Shown: positions 50,563-64,000 of the stretch, one piece after another
Position numbering within the stretch: position 1 is the stretch's first letter
Layout: every line of letters starts with the position of its first letter
NCBI GenBank assembly: GCA_964016885.1
Contig: OZ024741.1
Location: 304,172,001-304,236,000 of the forward strand
Reading direction: 5' to 3'
DNA length: 64,000 bases
Origin: Eledone cirrhosa
Lineage: Eukaryota
Position numbers and translations under genes: made by a program
Notes under the pieces: generated by a model
The model's input: only the letters and a program-made list of their open reading frames with translations
Databases searched by the model: none
Told to the model about the DNA's origin: nothing

Positions 50563-51141
50563 ATAATTGTATCTACATTTGGCACAAGGCCAGCAACTTA
50601 AAGGGAAGGGGAAAGTCAATTAAATTAACAATTAAATTTATTTGAACTCAGAACATAAAGGGTTGTAATTATGCTGCGAAGCAGGGTGCCCAATGCTCTG
50701 CCGATACTGCCAATCCACCACTCTAATAATAGTTTCTTATATAGGCACAAAGCCAGCAATTTTGGGGGAGAGGAAAGTCGATTAAATCAACCCCAGTGCA
50801 TGACTGGTACTTTATTTTATTGACCCCATGAGGATGAAAGGCAAAGTTAACCTTGGCGGGATTTGAACTCAGATCATAAAGGGCCGTAACTCTATGCTGC
50901 AAAGCATGGCGCCCGACTCTACCGATACTGCCAATCCACCGCCCTCACCACCCTAATAATTGTTTCTACTTTTGGCACAAGGCCAGCAATTACCCAGTGC
51001 ATTACTGGTACTTTATTTTATCGACCCCCATAAGGATGAAAGGCAAAATTAACCTTGGCGGGATTTGAACTCAGAATGGCAAGGGCCAAAACTCCATACG
51101 TCAAAGCATGGCGTCCGACCCTCTACTGATGCTGCCAATCC
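50563..51141 (-). mobile_element. Three tandem Nin-SINEs
   Basis: Copies at ~50563, ~50730 and ~50956. Confidence 0.88.
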
Positions 51142-51373
51142 AACAATAATAATAATATCATAGCTGTTGCTTAGCAACCGGATGTATCATAATTACAAAA
51201 ATAAAATGTTAAAATAACAAAATAAAACAGTAATTCCTTTAGCATGAGCTTGTTTTTTCTCCCTCCTTACACCACTATTTTTCAGCATATCCACCACATT
51301 ACATATCTGACCTTTCAAGATCAAATTCTTTTCATTTTTTCTTTCATAGTTTGGTTGAGATGGAATGGCCACA

Positions 51374-51530
51374 CACTCCACTAGTCTGAATGAAACATCC
51401 TCCTAGCATATCTAAGTGAAGATAAAAAGAAAGCAACAAAGGAGAAATACACTCCACGAGTCTGAATGAAACATCCGCGTAGCATATCTAAGTGAAGAGA
51501 AAAAGAGAGCAATAAAAGAGAAGAGAAATA
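51374..51530. repeat. ~76-bp tandem duplication
   Basis: actccac(t/g)agtctgaatgaaacatcc..tagcatatctaagtgaaga occurs twice. Confidence 0.85.
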
Positions 51531-54500
51531 CATGGCATTGAAATTCTGGTGGAGATGTTGAATCAAAAAGGATAGGATAGGACACAACTGGAACAGATTT
51601 GTAAGAAAGGCCTCTGGGTCTAGAACAAAGATATCAATAGAAACTTTGTTGGCAGACTATGCCCCCTAGAAGAGTAGTAGTCAACAAGATAATATAATTA
51701 CAAAAAAAACAAACTACTCTTTTTGTTATCATATTTCTAAAGAAAATCATTGCTTATGATGCAAACAATTTTGAAATTAATAAAGAATTTGGGGGGATTA
51801 AGTAATATAACAAACTTTCTCATTATTAACAGTTTCGATGTATGTATGGACCAGTAACTCCTGACTAAGTTGTAGGGGTACCATAGTGACATATGTATCT
51901 TCGGCACTTTAAACTTGGCAGAGCCCATCCTATCTCTATATTTGATCACAGCCAATTTCTTCCAGAGAAGGAGAGTGATAGAGAGGAAGTGAAAAAGAGA
52001 TATAGAGGATAAATCAACCCCCAGTACAGAAATGGTTCGTTTTGTAAAGCACCCAGTTCACACTGTAAAGTGGTCATGTAGGTGTCATGACAAAAAGCTT
52101 CCAGTCCACACTATAAATGTGATTGGCATTAGGAAGGGCATCCAGCTGTAGAAGCCTAGCCAAAACCGGTCTGGTCTGATCTGGTTCAGCTCACATCTGG
52201 TGGACAATTCATCTAACCCATGCTAGCATGGAAAAATGGACGTTAAACAATAATGATAATGATGAAAATATATATTTATATATATATATCCTAACATTTT
52301 GTTTAGATTTTTTTTTAGATTTTTGAATTTATTGAATCCAATGAAATATTACTTGACAGTATTTTACAATACAATTCATGTCGTTTTAAGTTACATTTAT
52401 TGTATTCTAAGTTAAACTTTATTTTCTTTAAATAAATAATGCTCTGAGAGACAGCTTAGACGAAAAAAAAAACTGCACTTTTTGGTTGTCTGATTTTAAT
52501 TGGTTCAATTTTGTATGCAGCTGTTTGTCTCAGATGTGTTTGTCTTTGTTATTTGATAATTAACATTTGTATATACAAGTATCCAGCAACCAGCCATCAC
52601 TCACAATTGAGTTTGACTTGGTAGTACATACCATACTTTTGTTAGGGTTTTAGGTACACATACAGTCATGAGCACTGGCACCTTCTTGATCCCACCTTTG
52701 ATCCAGTGGAACATCCAAGGTGTGTGTGTGTGTGTGTGTGTGCATGTATATATAATTTTATACTAGCTTAAATACTATGCATGACTGTCTACAATATCAC
52801 CAACAGTACTATATTGAATCCATGGGAAGAGACTTAACTGTTACAGACTGAAAACGTTGATGTCAAATATGTAAATGTATCCCTTAATCCCCAAGGAACT
52901 TCAAACCTTTTTGTTACCACATTTCTCATGAGAGAGACTGCCTATTATTTTCAAATCATTTTGAAAATTATCAAGAATTTGTTGAGGATTTAGTCATGTA
53001 ACTAACTTTCTCATTGTGAAGCTGGTGTTTGGAGCATAACTTAACATAGCTTCTTACAGAAAATTATGATGGAAATCTTTTAGATAAATATAAACACTTT
53101 GGATATTGAGAGGGTTAAGAGCTGTTGCTCAACTCTAATAGCATGGTATTAAGTCTTAACATCTCGTACTACATGAAACCACATTAGCAAGACATTTTTG
53201 AAAAGTTTTAAATAGCATTATGACTACATTACATTAAAAATTGAAGTCCTTACTCCAATACTGCAAATTTTCACAATGAACTGTGCAGTAGTAAAGATAT
53301 TATAAACATTTGAATTGACAGGCATTTTTTAGATATTTTCTGTTAAATAATTGCAGGATGTTAAGAGTTAAGTTGATGAGATAAATCTGCTCCTGGATAC
53401 AATGCAGGTTTATTTTAAATGAGATTCCTGGAGGTTACGGGGTCTATATCTATTCACAACATATAAATGAAATGAAGCATGTAGAATTAAGTTTACTGCT
53501 CAGATACACAATGAAAAGCCTGCAAAGCTTTTGAATAGTTAGTCCAATATTGAATCCACTCAGCATAATTTCTAGGGATTGCTTTTATCATTACTCATCC
53601 ATACATATTTACACATTATATTTGTTCCACTAACTGCTACTGTTAACATTTACATTATCCAGTTATCTGGATAAAACTTGCAAAATGGGTTGTGTTTTTT
53701 GTTGGGTATTTTAACAAATAGACAGCAAATTAGCAAAGTCATTAGAATGTTGGATAAAATGCTTTGAAGTATTCATTCCAGAACTCTGCATTCTGAGTTC
53801 AAAACCTACCACAGTCAACTTTACTTTTCATCCTTTTGAGGTCAATGAAAAAAACATCCCAGTCCAGTACTGGTGTTGATTCTTCTTCTATATCTGTTTC
53901 TCACTTTCTCAGTCCTTCTCAGGAAATCGGCTGTGTTCACGCCTGAAGAGAGATGTGCTTCACCAGGTTTAAAATTCCCACGACAGTGCTGTATGTCTCT
54001 AGAAGTCCATATAGTTGAATAGTAATTATGTACTAAAATGTATCACTAGCTAGATTCAACTTATAATTGTTTTAGAAGACTGCTTGTGGCAACTTTGATT
54101 TTCATCATTTTGTGATTGACAAAAATAAACAAGGAGAAAATGAGAAGAAAAAAAATGATATTTTAAAAAAATGAGAAGGGTGTTGGAAGAAAGGAAACAA
54201 ACTCTACACCTCTCTGAAAGAAATCGGCTGAGTTCACACCTGGAGAGGGATAGCTCCGCCATGTCTAAAATGGCCGACATCCCTACAACTCCATCAGGTG
54301 TTATACGATAGAAGTACCTGACTGAAATAGGAATTGGAATTGATACAATTGACTAAAACCCTTGAAATCAGTGACCCAGCATAACCACAATCCAGTGAAA
54401 GAATTAATAAATTAAAAAATCAGAATAATTGCTAATTTAGCCAGAAGGCCAGCAATTTGAGGGAAGGGTAAAGTCGATTTCATCAATTCCCAGTACTTAA

Positions 54501-55554
54501 CTAGTACTTTATTTTATTTTATTGACCTATCGGCAAAGAGCCAGAACAGATGCTGCTAAGCTTTTGTCTGGTACTCTTACAACTGTCAATTCACAACACT
54601 CAAGATTGTTCACTCTCTCACACGAATAATGGTTTCTCATTTTGACCTAATATTAGCAATTTGTGGGGAGGGGACAATTGATTATACTAACCCCAGTACT
54701 TGACTGGTTCTTATTTTATTGACCTCAGCGTAATTTGAACACAAAAAGTAAACATCCAAGACAAATGTTACTAAGCGTTTGTGCAACACTAACAACTCTG
54801 CTAATCCACTGCTCTCATGATCATCCACCACTCGACATTGATAAGAACAACAATAAACTAAAAGATTTTTAAGCCAACCAGAGAGATTCTATAATATATA
54901 GAACTTTCAACCTGACACAAGTCTGTGTGTAAGAGAATATAATATATGAGGACATAATAATCAAAAGAATCATGTCAGTTTAATATCAGTTCTTAATTTA
55001 TTGATCCACAGAGAATCATAGAGGATAAAAGGACAAAGTCGACCCATAGTAGAATTTGATTGCAGTCAAATATTTCCTTTAATAAATCTTGATTGTTTCA
55101 AATAAAACATTTCACTGGCAGTATCAGATTTACTCAGGTCTTAACAGGATTACACAACGGACCAGAAAAGCAATTCTAGATATTGTTCAGAATGGTTCAG
55201 GGATGAAATACAAGACAAGACAAGACTAGATTAGACTAGACTAGACTAGATTAAATTCATAATCAGTTGGAAATAAAGTGTTCCAAAATGGAATCCTGCC
55301 AAAGTTGTCTTGGCATTATCAACACTCTACAATCAATAAATTGAGTACCAGCAACATTTAAGTGATCATTCAACAACAATTAAAACAAAAATCTTTCTTT
55401 TATATATCCTTATAACTATTGCTCTCTCTCTCTCTTATATATATATATTAGAAAGAGTAGGGGCTCGACTTTTTCTAATATAATCACACTCTACTATCCC
55501 AAGTATTGAGTTCTCTGTTGAATAATGGCCTAACTAGTTTAATACTGGTTTAAT

Positions 55555-55631
<77 letters not shown>

Positions 55632-57146
55632 TATATATATACACACACAGACATACATATACATACACACACAGACATACATATATATATATATATATAT
55701 TTTTATATATTGTTGTTGGACGTCAGTATTTTCAATGAGTGCTCCAATTGATTCGGTGAATGGAACTGCCTGCTCATGAAATTAATGTGTAAGTGGCTGA
55801 GCATTCTACAGACACATCTTTATCTGAGTTGTGATTGGAATTAATTGTTAGTGATGTTTAACCCTTGGGTCATCCCTGGTTGAGCAGACATATGATCAAA
55901 AATATTCAAGCCATAACCATCCCGTACTTTTTTCAGACAATACATCTAAGTTCACATTATCTAATAAGTACTTCTGCAGTAGGGTGTGATTTGAGGGGGA
56001 TCTGGCTATTGTTTTTAGCAGGTTGAGTGACCATATGACCTTCTCATTAGATAATGAATCCCTGTTGTTGCTTTACCTTAGGTCAGCCTTGATCAATCAG
56101 ACCTACTATCAAAGGTAATCCAGCTATGACCAACCTATCTTTTACCCCAGACACAGTGCAACTAGAACCACATTGTCCAAAGTGTTCTTTTTTAACCCTT
56201 TAAATACTAAACCACCCAATCCATCTATATTAAAGTGTTCAAATTTAAATTTAAACCTGGGACTGAAATGTCAATATGGGTGATAGATTGGCAGTATTGA
56301 TAGAGCATCGGACAATATGCTTTGCAGCATATAATTGTTTCTACTTTAGGCACAAGGCCAGCAATTACCCAGTGCATTATAATTATAGACCTTTATGTTC
56401 TGAGTTCAAATCCCAAGGTTTGCTTTGCCTTTCATCCTTACAGAGTCAATAAAATAAAGTACCACTAATGCACTGGTATCAATTTAATTGACTTTCATCT
56501 TCCCTTCAAATTGCTGGCTTTATGCCAAAAGTGGAAACAATTATTACATACCAGATTATATTAGATTTCAGTAATTAAATGTCTTTTATTATTAAAATGA
56601 AAGTTAATTATTTTACTAAACCTCGTATAATTGTTGATTATTTTGATAATTAAAACATAAAGGCAGTATATTCTTATTAGAAATATGGTAATGAAATATT
56701 TAAGATGGGTGTAATTTGAGTGGGGATTTGACTGTTATTTCTATCATGTCAAAATTTGACTTCTAATTCTAGTAGGTTGAGCAGCCATGTAGATGTGATT
56801 CCCTTTTAACATTTGGTTTATAGTCACCAACATCACTGAATGATAGTTTAGAGATGAAGTTTAATGATTTACAGCATTTCTAGGGAATTTTTAAACCTAA
56901 TGGAGCCCAATCCTCTACAGCTCTGAATACAGGAGACTTCTTCCAGAGAAGATGAGAGAGAGGAAATGAGAAAGAGATATAGAGGAAGAATCACCCCAGT
57001 ACTTGACTGGTACTTTTTTTATCGACTTCAAATGGATGAAAGGCAAAGTTGACCTCAGCAGGATATGAACTCTGAGAGCAGAGAGTCAAAACAAATACTG
57101 CAAAGCATTCTATCCGATGTTCTAACGACTCTGCCAATTCGTCGCC

Positions 57147-57628
57147 TTATATGCCATTAAACACTTATATGTCCTTTTATATGTCATTAAACAATTATAT
57201 GTCCCTTTATATGTCATTAAACACTTTATGTCCCTTTATATGTCATTAAACAATTATATGTCCCTTTATATGTCATTAAACACTTTATGTCCCTTTATAT
57301 GCCATTAAACAATTATATGTCCCTTTATATGTCATTAAACAATTATATGTCCCTTTATATGTCATTAAACACTTTATGTCCCTTTATATGCCATTAAACA
57401 CTTTATGTCCCTTTATATGTCATTAAACAATTATATGTCCCTTTATATGTCATTAAACAATTATATGTCCCTTTATATGTCATTAAACACTTTATGTCCC
57501 TTTATATGCCATTAAACATGTATGTCCTTTTATATGCCATTAAACACTTATGTCCTTGTATATGCCATTAAACACTTTATGCCCCTTTATATGCCATTAA
57601 ACACTTATGTCCCTTTATATGTCATTAA
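57147..57628. repeat. 29/30-bp minisatellite, ~16 copies
   Basis: ttatatg(t/c)cattaaaca(atta/ctt)tatgtccct repeated head-to-tail with no spacers. Confidence 0.95.
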
Positions 57629-58292
57629 AATCTAGAAAGTATTCCATGCTGCCACTAAATTCTCCAGCAAAGGAAAAATAGGATTAAGTTACAGGCTCTC
57701 AGCCCATATATGGAGCCAGTAGCTCCACTTAAGTACTGACCCATCCAACCCTTGCTAGCAGGGAAGGTAGACACTAAAGATGATGATGATGTTGATGAAG
57801 TTAACATTTTCTAAGTATTTTGTACATTTTCTTTCTTTGTGCTTTATAATTCCAAGTATGGATTTCAAATCACATATGATAAATGTGTTTTGTTCTATAA
57901 ACACTCAGTAACCCCAACATTAATTAAACTAGCACCTTTAGAACTCAAACACAACACCTTTAGACAAATCAAATATTAAAACTTACCACCACCACCACCA
58001 CTCCATTTATATAGAGTATTTGTCTTTAACACAGACATACACACACACACACAAGAGTTAAATTATACAAACACATGCATACATAAATACACACACATTA
58101 TTGCCAAGAAGAATTGCTATGCTTTTAATTCACAGCTTTGAAAGAAAACAGTTGATTAGTTGTTGTTGTTGTTGTTATCTCTTTGATTTGCTTTGTTTTA
58201 TGTTTGTTTTGTTTTTTGTATTATTATTTTTGCAATATCATTAATCAAAATGAGAGGACAGGTAGTTAATTACACGCATTAGTACACACTCT

Positions 58293-58414
<122 letters not shown>

Positions 58415-58546
58415 AACAGATTTAAGAAAGTGTACATATAATCATAAACACAACCATACATACAACCACACACACACCTTACGACAAAAGCACAAAATAA
58501 AAAGAAAACTTTAAAATCCTAAATGAAACAAAATGTCTCAACCACT

Positions 58547-59190
58547 AATAATTGTTTCTACTTTTGGCACAAGGCCAGCAATTACCCAGTACATTACTGG
58601 TACTTTATTTTATCGACCCCATAAGGATGAAAGGCAAAGTTAACCTCAACGGGATTTGAACTCAAACCGTAAAGTGATGTAACTATGCTAGAAAGCATGA
58701 CATCCAACCCTCTACTGATACTGCCAATTCACCAGAATTCTCATACTCTCCCCCCCTCTCCTCCATTTCATCACTGCAGCTTCTTCCAACACTAAGACAA
58801 CATTCACCTTCCCCCATCACTATTAATATCACCACTACCTTTGGTTCAAAAAAGCTAAGGATGATCAGTCACCATTGGCAGAATCAGTAGAGGGTTAGAC
58901 ACCATGCATAGAGTTGCAACCTCGCCGAGGTTAACTTTGCCTTTCATCCTTACGGGGGTCGATAAAATAAAGTACCAGTAATGCACTGGGATAATAATTG
59001 TTGGTCTTGTGCCAAAAGTAGAAACAATTTATACACGTGGTTTGTTATTTAGGCACAAGACCAACAATTTGGGGGAGGGGGAGTAGGGGCAAAGTTAATT
59101 TGACCCCTGTACTTTACTGGCCCTTTATTTTATCAAACGCAGTTAGGATGAAAGGTAACATTGACATTGGCAAGATTTGAACTGAGAATA
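58547..59190. mobile_element. Nin-SINE cluster (minus, plus, minus)
   Basis: 58547-58733(-), 58875-59030(+), ~59045-59190(-). Confidence 0.85.
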
Positions 59191-59734
59191 CAAAGATTCA
59201 AAACAAAAGCCCCAATGTATTTTGTCCATTTTGTCCAACACTAACGATTCTCAGCCAAAACAAGAGTAAAGAAAAGCAATAAATAAAATATTGTTTACCT
59301 CCTATCCAATCTAAAACCAGTGTATCCCCCACACAAACCATACACCACCATTTCCACCACCCCATCAACAACTTAAACATACACAACCACATCCTGCACC
59401 CCACCTCACCCCACATACTGTCTGAAAATTAAACAAAAATTAATCACTTTCAAACTCAACAGATTTCCATGTTCTTTTTTACTGTTTTTATCTTTGTTTA
59501 TTTCAATCTTTTTTTTATCTTTTGCTTCATTTCAATCGTTTTTTTTTCTTTTTATTATTCTGTTGTTTTTTTTTTGTGTGATTTTTTTTTTGTCTATATG
59601 TCTGTCTATCTGCTTGTGTCTCCATATGTCCATGACAGTCACACTGTATCTCTATATGACTACCTTATGTTCAAATATCTATCTTTCTGTCTGTCCCTAT
59701 GTCTGTCTGCCTACATGCCCATAATATGGCCTGT

Positions 59735-60450
59735 GTCTCTATATCTGTTGGTCTGTCTGTGTGTCTCTATATCTGTCTGTGTGTGTCTCTATATATGTCT
59801 GTGTGTGTCTCTATATATGTCTGTGTGTGTCTCTATATCTGTTGGTCTGTCTGTGTGTCTCTATATCTGTCTGTGTGTGTCTCTATATCTGTCTGTGTGT
59901 GTCTCTATATATGTCTGTGTCTCTATATCTGTTGGTCTGTCTGTGTGTCTCTATATCTGTCTGTGTGTGTCTCTACATCTGTCTGTATGTTTGTCTGTGT
60001 GTGTGTCTCTATATCTGTTTGTGTGTGTGTGTCTCTACATCTGTCTGTGTGTGTGTCTATATCTGTTGGTCTGTGTGTGTGTATATCTGTCTGTGTCTCT
60101 ATATCTGTCTGTCTGTCTGTATGTGTTTCTATATCTGTCTGTATGTCTGTCTGTGTGTGTGTGTCTATGTCTGTCTGTCTGTGGGTGTCTCTATATCTGT
60201 CTGTATGTCTGTCTGTGTGTGTGTCTCTATATCTGTCTGTATGTCTGTCTGTATGTGTGTGTGTGTCTCTATATCTGTCTCTGTGTGTGTCACTATATCT
60301 GTCTGTCTGTGTGTCTATATCTGTCTGTCTGTGTGTCTATATCTGTCTGTGTGTGTGTGTCACTATATCTGTCTGTGTGTGTGTGTGTGTCACTATATCT
60401 GTGTGTGTGTGTGTCACTATATCTGTGTGTGTCTCAATATCTATTTCCCT
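59735..60450. repeat. Degenerate ~20-bp GT/CT/AT minisatellite (ctctatatctgtctgtgtgtgt)
   Basis: Direct reading; explains the C/V/S/L/Y-rich ORFs in all three frames. Confidence 0.92.
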
Positions 60451-60686
60451 ATGTCTGTCTGTTGGTGTATCCATGGCTGATGTTCTGCACATATGTCCAT
60501 ATATCCATGGCTGTCTTTCCGCCAGTTCCTGTTTGGCCTCCAGCCTGGTCATGCAAACCATCACCTAGTGTACCTTGGACTATATTATTGAATGTGTCTC
60601 TTATTATGACAAGAGAATGTAGTTCGAGTGAGATTCAGCTGTTATATCAAGCTGGTCAAGCAACCCTATATAGGCTCCCTTGTTGG

Positions 60687-60742
<56 letters not shown>

Positions 60743-61156
60743 CGCGCGTGTGTGTGCATGCGTGAAAGGAAGAGAATGGATTGGAAATTATGAAGAAACA
60801 AGAAAGAAAATGTTTGCATATGAGAACATAAGAGAGAAAAGAGATGAAAGAGAGAGAGAGAGAGATGGAAGAGAAAGAAATGAAAGATAGAGATGGAAAA
60901 GAAAATGTGTGTATAATGCTCTTGTATCTGAGTATGTGTGTATATGATTATTAAGAGAGAGTGTATACAAATGAGGAGGAGGAGAGGAAGAAATAGAAAA
61001 GAGCTTTTTTTCAAAAAGTATTATAAAAATGACAAAAATTAAAAACAAAGAAAACATTTTTTTAAATCCTGAGAATTTTCTTTAAAATATTTAAAGAAAT
61101 CATAATAATGATAGCAATGGAAAAAAATCAATAACTATAATTATGATGAAAATAAT

Positions 61157-62392
61157 GATTTCTAATTTTGGCTCAAGGCCAGCAATTTGTGGAGAAGAGG
61201 AAAGTCAATTAAATTAACCTAATTACTTTATTAGTACTTTATTTTATCGACCTCGGAAGAATGAAAAGCAAAGTTGCCTTCAGTGAGATTTGAACTCAGA
61301 ATGTAAAGAGCTGAAACTAAATGCCACAAAACATTTTATCCAATACTTTAACAACGGCCAATCCTCCACCCTCTTTAATTCTAACATTGGCACATGGCCA
61401 GTCAATTATATTGTCCCTAGTACTTTACAGGTACTTTATTTTATCAACCTCAAAAAGATAAAAGTCAAAGTTAACCTCAGAATGTTATGGGCTGTAATAC
61501 AAATCATTTCATCCGACATGCTAACCATTCTGCCACTCCATTACCCTGTATGATGAATATAATGATAACAATAATTGTTTCTACTTTTGGCACAAGGCCA
61601 GCAATTACCCCAGTGTATTACTGGTACTTCATTTTATCGACCCCGTAAGGATGAAAGGCAAAGTTAGCCTCGACAGGATTTGAACTCAGGCCGTAAAGGG
61701 CCGTAACCCTCTACCGATACTGCCAATGATAATAACAATAATAATAATTATCCAGTATCGGTGGAGCATCAGACACCATGCTTTGCAGAATAGTTATGGC
61801 CCTTTATGTTCTGAGTTCAAATCCCGCCGAGGTTAACTTTGCCTTCCATCCTTTCGGGGTCGATAAAATGAAGAACCAGTAATGCACTGAGGTAACTTCT
61901 GGCCTTGTGCCAGAAGTATAAACAAATATTATTATTAATAATAATAATAAGGTGGATTGGCAGTATCGGTAGAGGGTCGGATGCCATGCTTTCCAGCAGA
62001 GTTACGCCCCTTTACGATCTGAGTTCAAATCCCGCCGAGGTTGACTTTGCCTTTCATCCTTACGGGGTCGATAAAATAAAGTACCAGTAATGCACTGGGT
62101 AATTGCTGGCCTTGTGCCTAAAGTAGAAACAATTATTAATAATAATAATTATAATTATAATAATTATAATTATAATAATAATAATTATCATTATTATGGT
62201 TCATGGCAGTATCGGTAGAGAGTCGGACGCCATGCTTTCCAGCATAGTTACGTCCCTTTACGATCTGAGTTCAAATCCCGCCGAGGTTGACTTAGCCTTT
62301 CATCCTTACGAGGTCGATAAAATAAAGTACCAGTAATGCACTGGGTGATCGCTGGCCTTGTGCCTAAAGTAGAAACAATTATTATGGTTCAT
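61157..62392. mobile_element. Dense Nin-SINE cluster (minus copies facing three plus copies)
   Basis: 61570-61727(-), 61753-61922(+), 61951-62136(+), 62204-62380(+, 15-bp TSD). Confidence 0.9.
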
Positions 62393-62489
62393 TTTTGTAA
62401 ATCTCAAACACTTAGATGTTAAATGATGTGGATATTTCAGTAAGGAGAAATCAACAGGTTGACAAAGGTCCCTCACTGCAACCTCTCCA

Positions 62490-64000
62490 TAAACAAGACT
62501 TTCCATAAAAGCATTACTCTACCAAGAAGTGCTGTCTTCTGCATGACCTGTAACTTTACATTAATTCCAATTCTATTTACAGTCCTCAAAATTATCCAAT
62601 ATGCACCCCAATGCTCCATCACCACTGGAATCACTAAAACCTTCTTCATCCTCCAGAATTTTCCAACCTCATCTTTCAGTAGCTCATACTTTTTGCTCTT
62701 TATCCTTCACTCAACTACCCCCCTGGGATCGAGATATCGATAATTAGGGTTTCTTTTTTTCTTCTTTTTTACAACTAAAATGTCTATCTTTCTTGCCTCA
62801 ATCATTCTATTGCATTGAATGGTGAAGTCTCACAAAGGCTTGAATTTGTCATTCTCTAACACCCCTTCTAGTCTCTACTCATACCATTTAGTTGCTCTGA
62901 TAGATCCATATTTCTCAGATATCATCCAATGGATATATCTAGCAACATTATCATGTCCTCTTTTGTACTCTCACTATGCCAACTTAACATATTCACTTAC
63001 AATATGGCTGACCGTTTCTCATTCTGATCTACACATTTTACATAATGGTGATTTTATTGTTTGTCAAGATGTTTAATGTAGTTAGTTTGAAGAGCCTGCT
63101 CCTGGGTGTTGCACACCAGAGCTTCAGTGCATCCTTTCAGATCGTCATTTTTAAGTTATGACCAGTTCTTTTCCCAATCAATGCCTACTTTATCTCTAAT
63201 GTACTGTCCATGCATAAATTTATCCTTTCAAGTTCTTTTTTCACTCTCATCTTATATCATTCGGTGCTTCTGCATCAGCAGATTTCAGTGTGTCGAGGTC
63301 TCTTAATTTTTACATGATGTTACTCCTTACATTTTTAAGGTACCAAGCTAGGTTATTTTCTTCACGTTTGACACATTTTTGCAACTTATTAGTTCTACCT
63401 CTTTTCTTTCTTCTAACATAAAGTCTTGTGATATCACTCTTTGTGTGAAGTTCTTTATGCACGGTCATCAATTTCTTAGTTTTTTTAATAATTCTTTCTA
63501 ATTCATCTTTCTTCCATTTAATAACTCCTGCCCCTTAGTGCATGAAAGACAGCTTATGTATTTATTGCCTTGATCTTATTCCTTCTATTCAATTTAGATA
63601 ACATAAGTTTCACCTGCCTCAGGTATTCTTTTTTGAACCTCTTCATTTCTTTCTTTTTAATCAAAGACTCCCAAATACTTGTATCCTTCCCTACTTCTTT
63701 AACCCTTTAGCATTTACATCATTCTATATTTACTATTGTATTTTCATAGTAAAGGCTTTATCTTACATAATTATCTCACATAATATCGAATCTATGCGAT
63801 TTTGATGTTATTTATTTTGAGAATAATACCTTAATGTAGGGATGTGCGACCAGTTACAGCTGGTTTGAACAGAAAGAGGTGAGAGAGTTCTGGGTGAATA
63901 TGGCCAGTATAAATGCTGAAGGGTTAATAGTCTGGCCATTTGCAAGCTCAATCCCTCTACCTCTTATTAGATTTCCACATTTCAGGGTTACAACCACACA
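62490..64000 (-). mobile_element. Decayed REL-endonuclease LINE (RT C-terminus, CCHC region, REL)
   Basis: GIELANGQTIKEV..EGYKYLG, HDNVARYIHW, DFTIQCNRMIEARKIDI, MQKTALLG. Confidence 0.8.
63703..63923. mobile_element. TTAA MITE, family A, inserted in the REL LINE
   Basis: TTAA|ccctttagcattta ... taaatgctgaaggg|TTAA. Confidence 0.88.

Noticed and set aside
57147-57628. CRISPR-like array of ~30-bp repeats
   Set aside because: Units are contiguous with no unique spacers, there are no cas genes, and the context is eukaryotic
59469-60890. 473-aa ORF and overlapping 289- and 239-aa ORFs
   Set aside because: They run through a GT/CT/AT minisatellite lacking stops in all frames; C/V/S/L/Y low complexity, no domain
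61951-62040. tRNA gene (A- and B-box motifs)
   Set aside because: SINE head: over-long box spacing, no complete cloverleaf, attached to the Nin core in many copies

Overview
This is eukaryotic, AT-rich, repeat-dominated DNA, most likely intronic or intergenic. The repeat content (Nin-domain tRNA-SINEs, RTE tails ending in (GAT)n, dense microsatellites) suggests a coleoid cephalopod such as an octopus, but that assignment is inference. No host gene can be confidently identified; only a few short candidate exons are visible. Main content: (1) a near-full-length young RTE-clade LINE (10670-15303, minus) encoding APE endonuclease plus RT, broken by one in-frame TAA, with a PHD-type C4HC3 zinc finger inside the RT and about 3.5 near-identical 236-bp tandem monomers as its 5' UTR, plus a 5'-truncated sister copy (26211-27866); (2) several fold-back (palindromic) elements next to (TA)n tracts, some carrying minimal type-I hammerhead-ribozyme motifs of the Penelope-like-element kind, one combined with a tRNA-like head; (3) a non-autonomous Helitron with a ~440-bp internal palindrome; (4) decayed Tx1/L1-like, REL-endonuclease LINE and mariner-type fragments, TTAA- and TA-flanked MITEs, about 30 Nin-SINE copies (many in inverted pairs) and several minisatellites. 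Most long ORFs in the supplied track are low-complexity artefacts. All calls were made by eye, and coordinates of degraded repeats are approximate.
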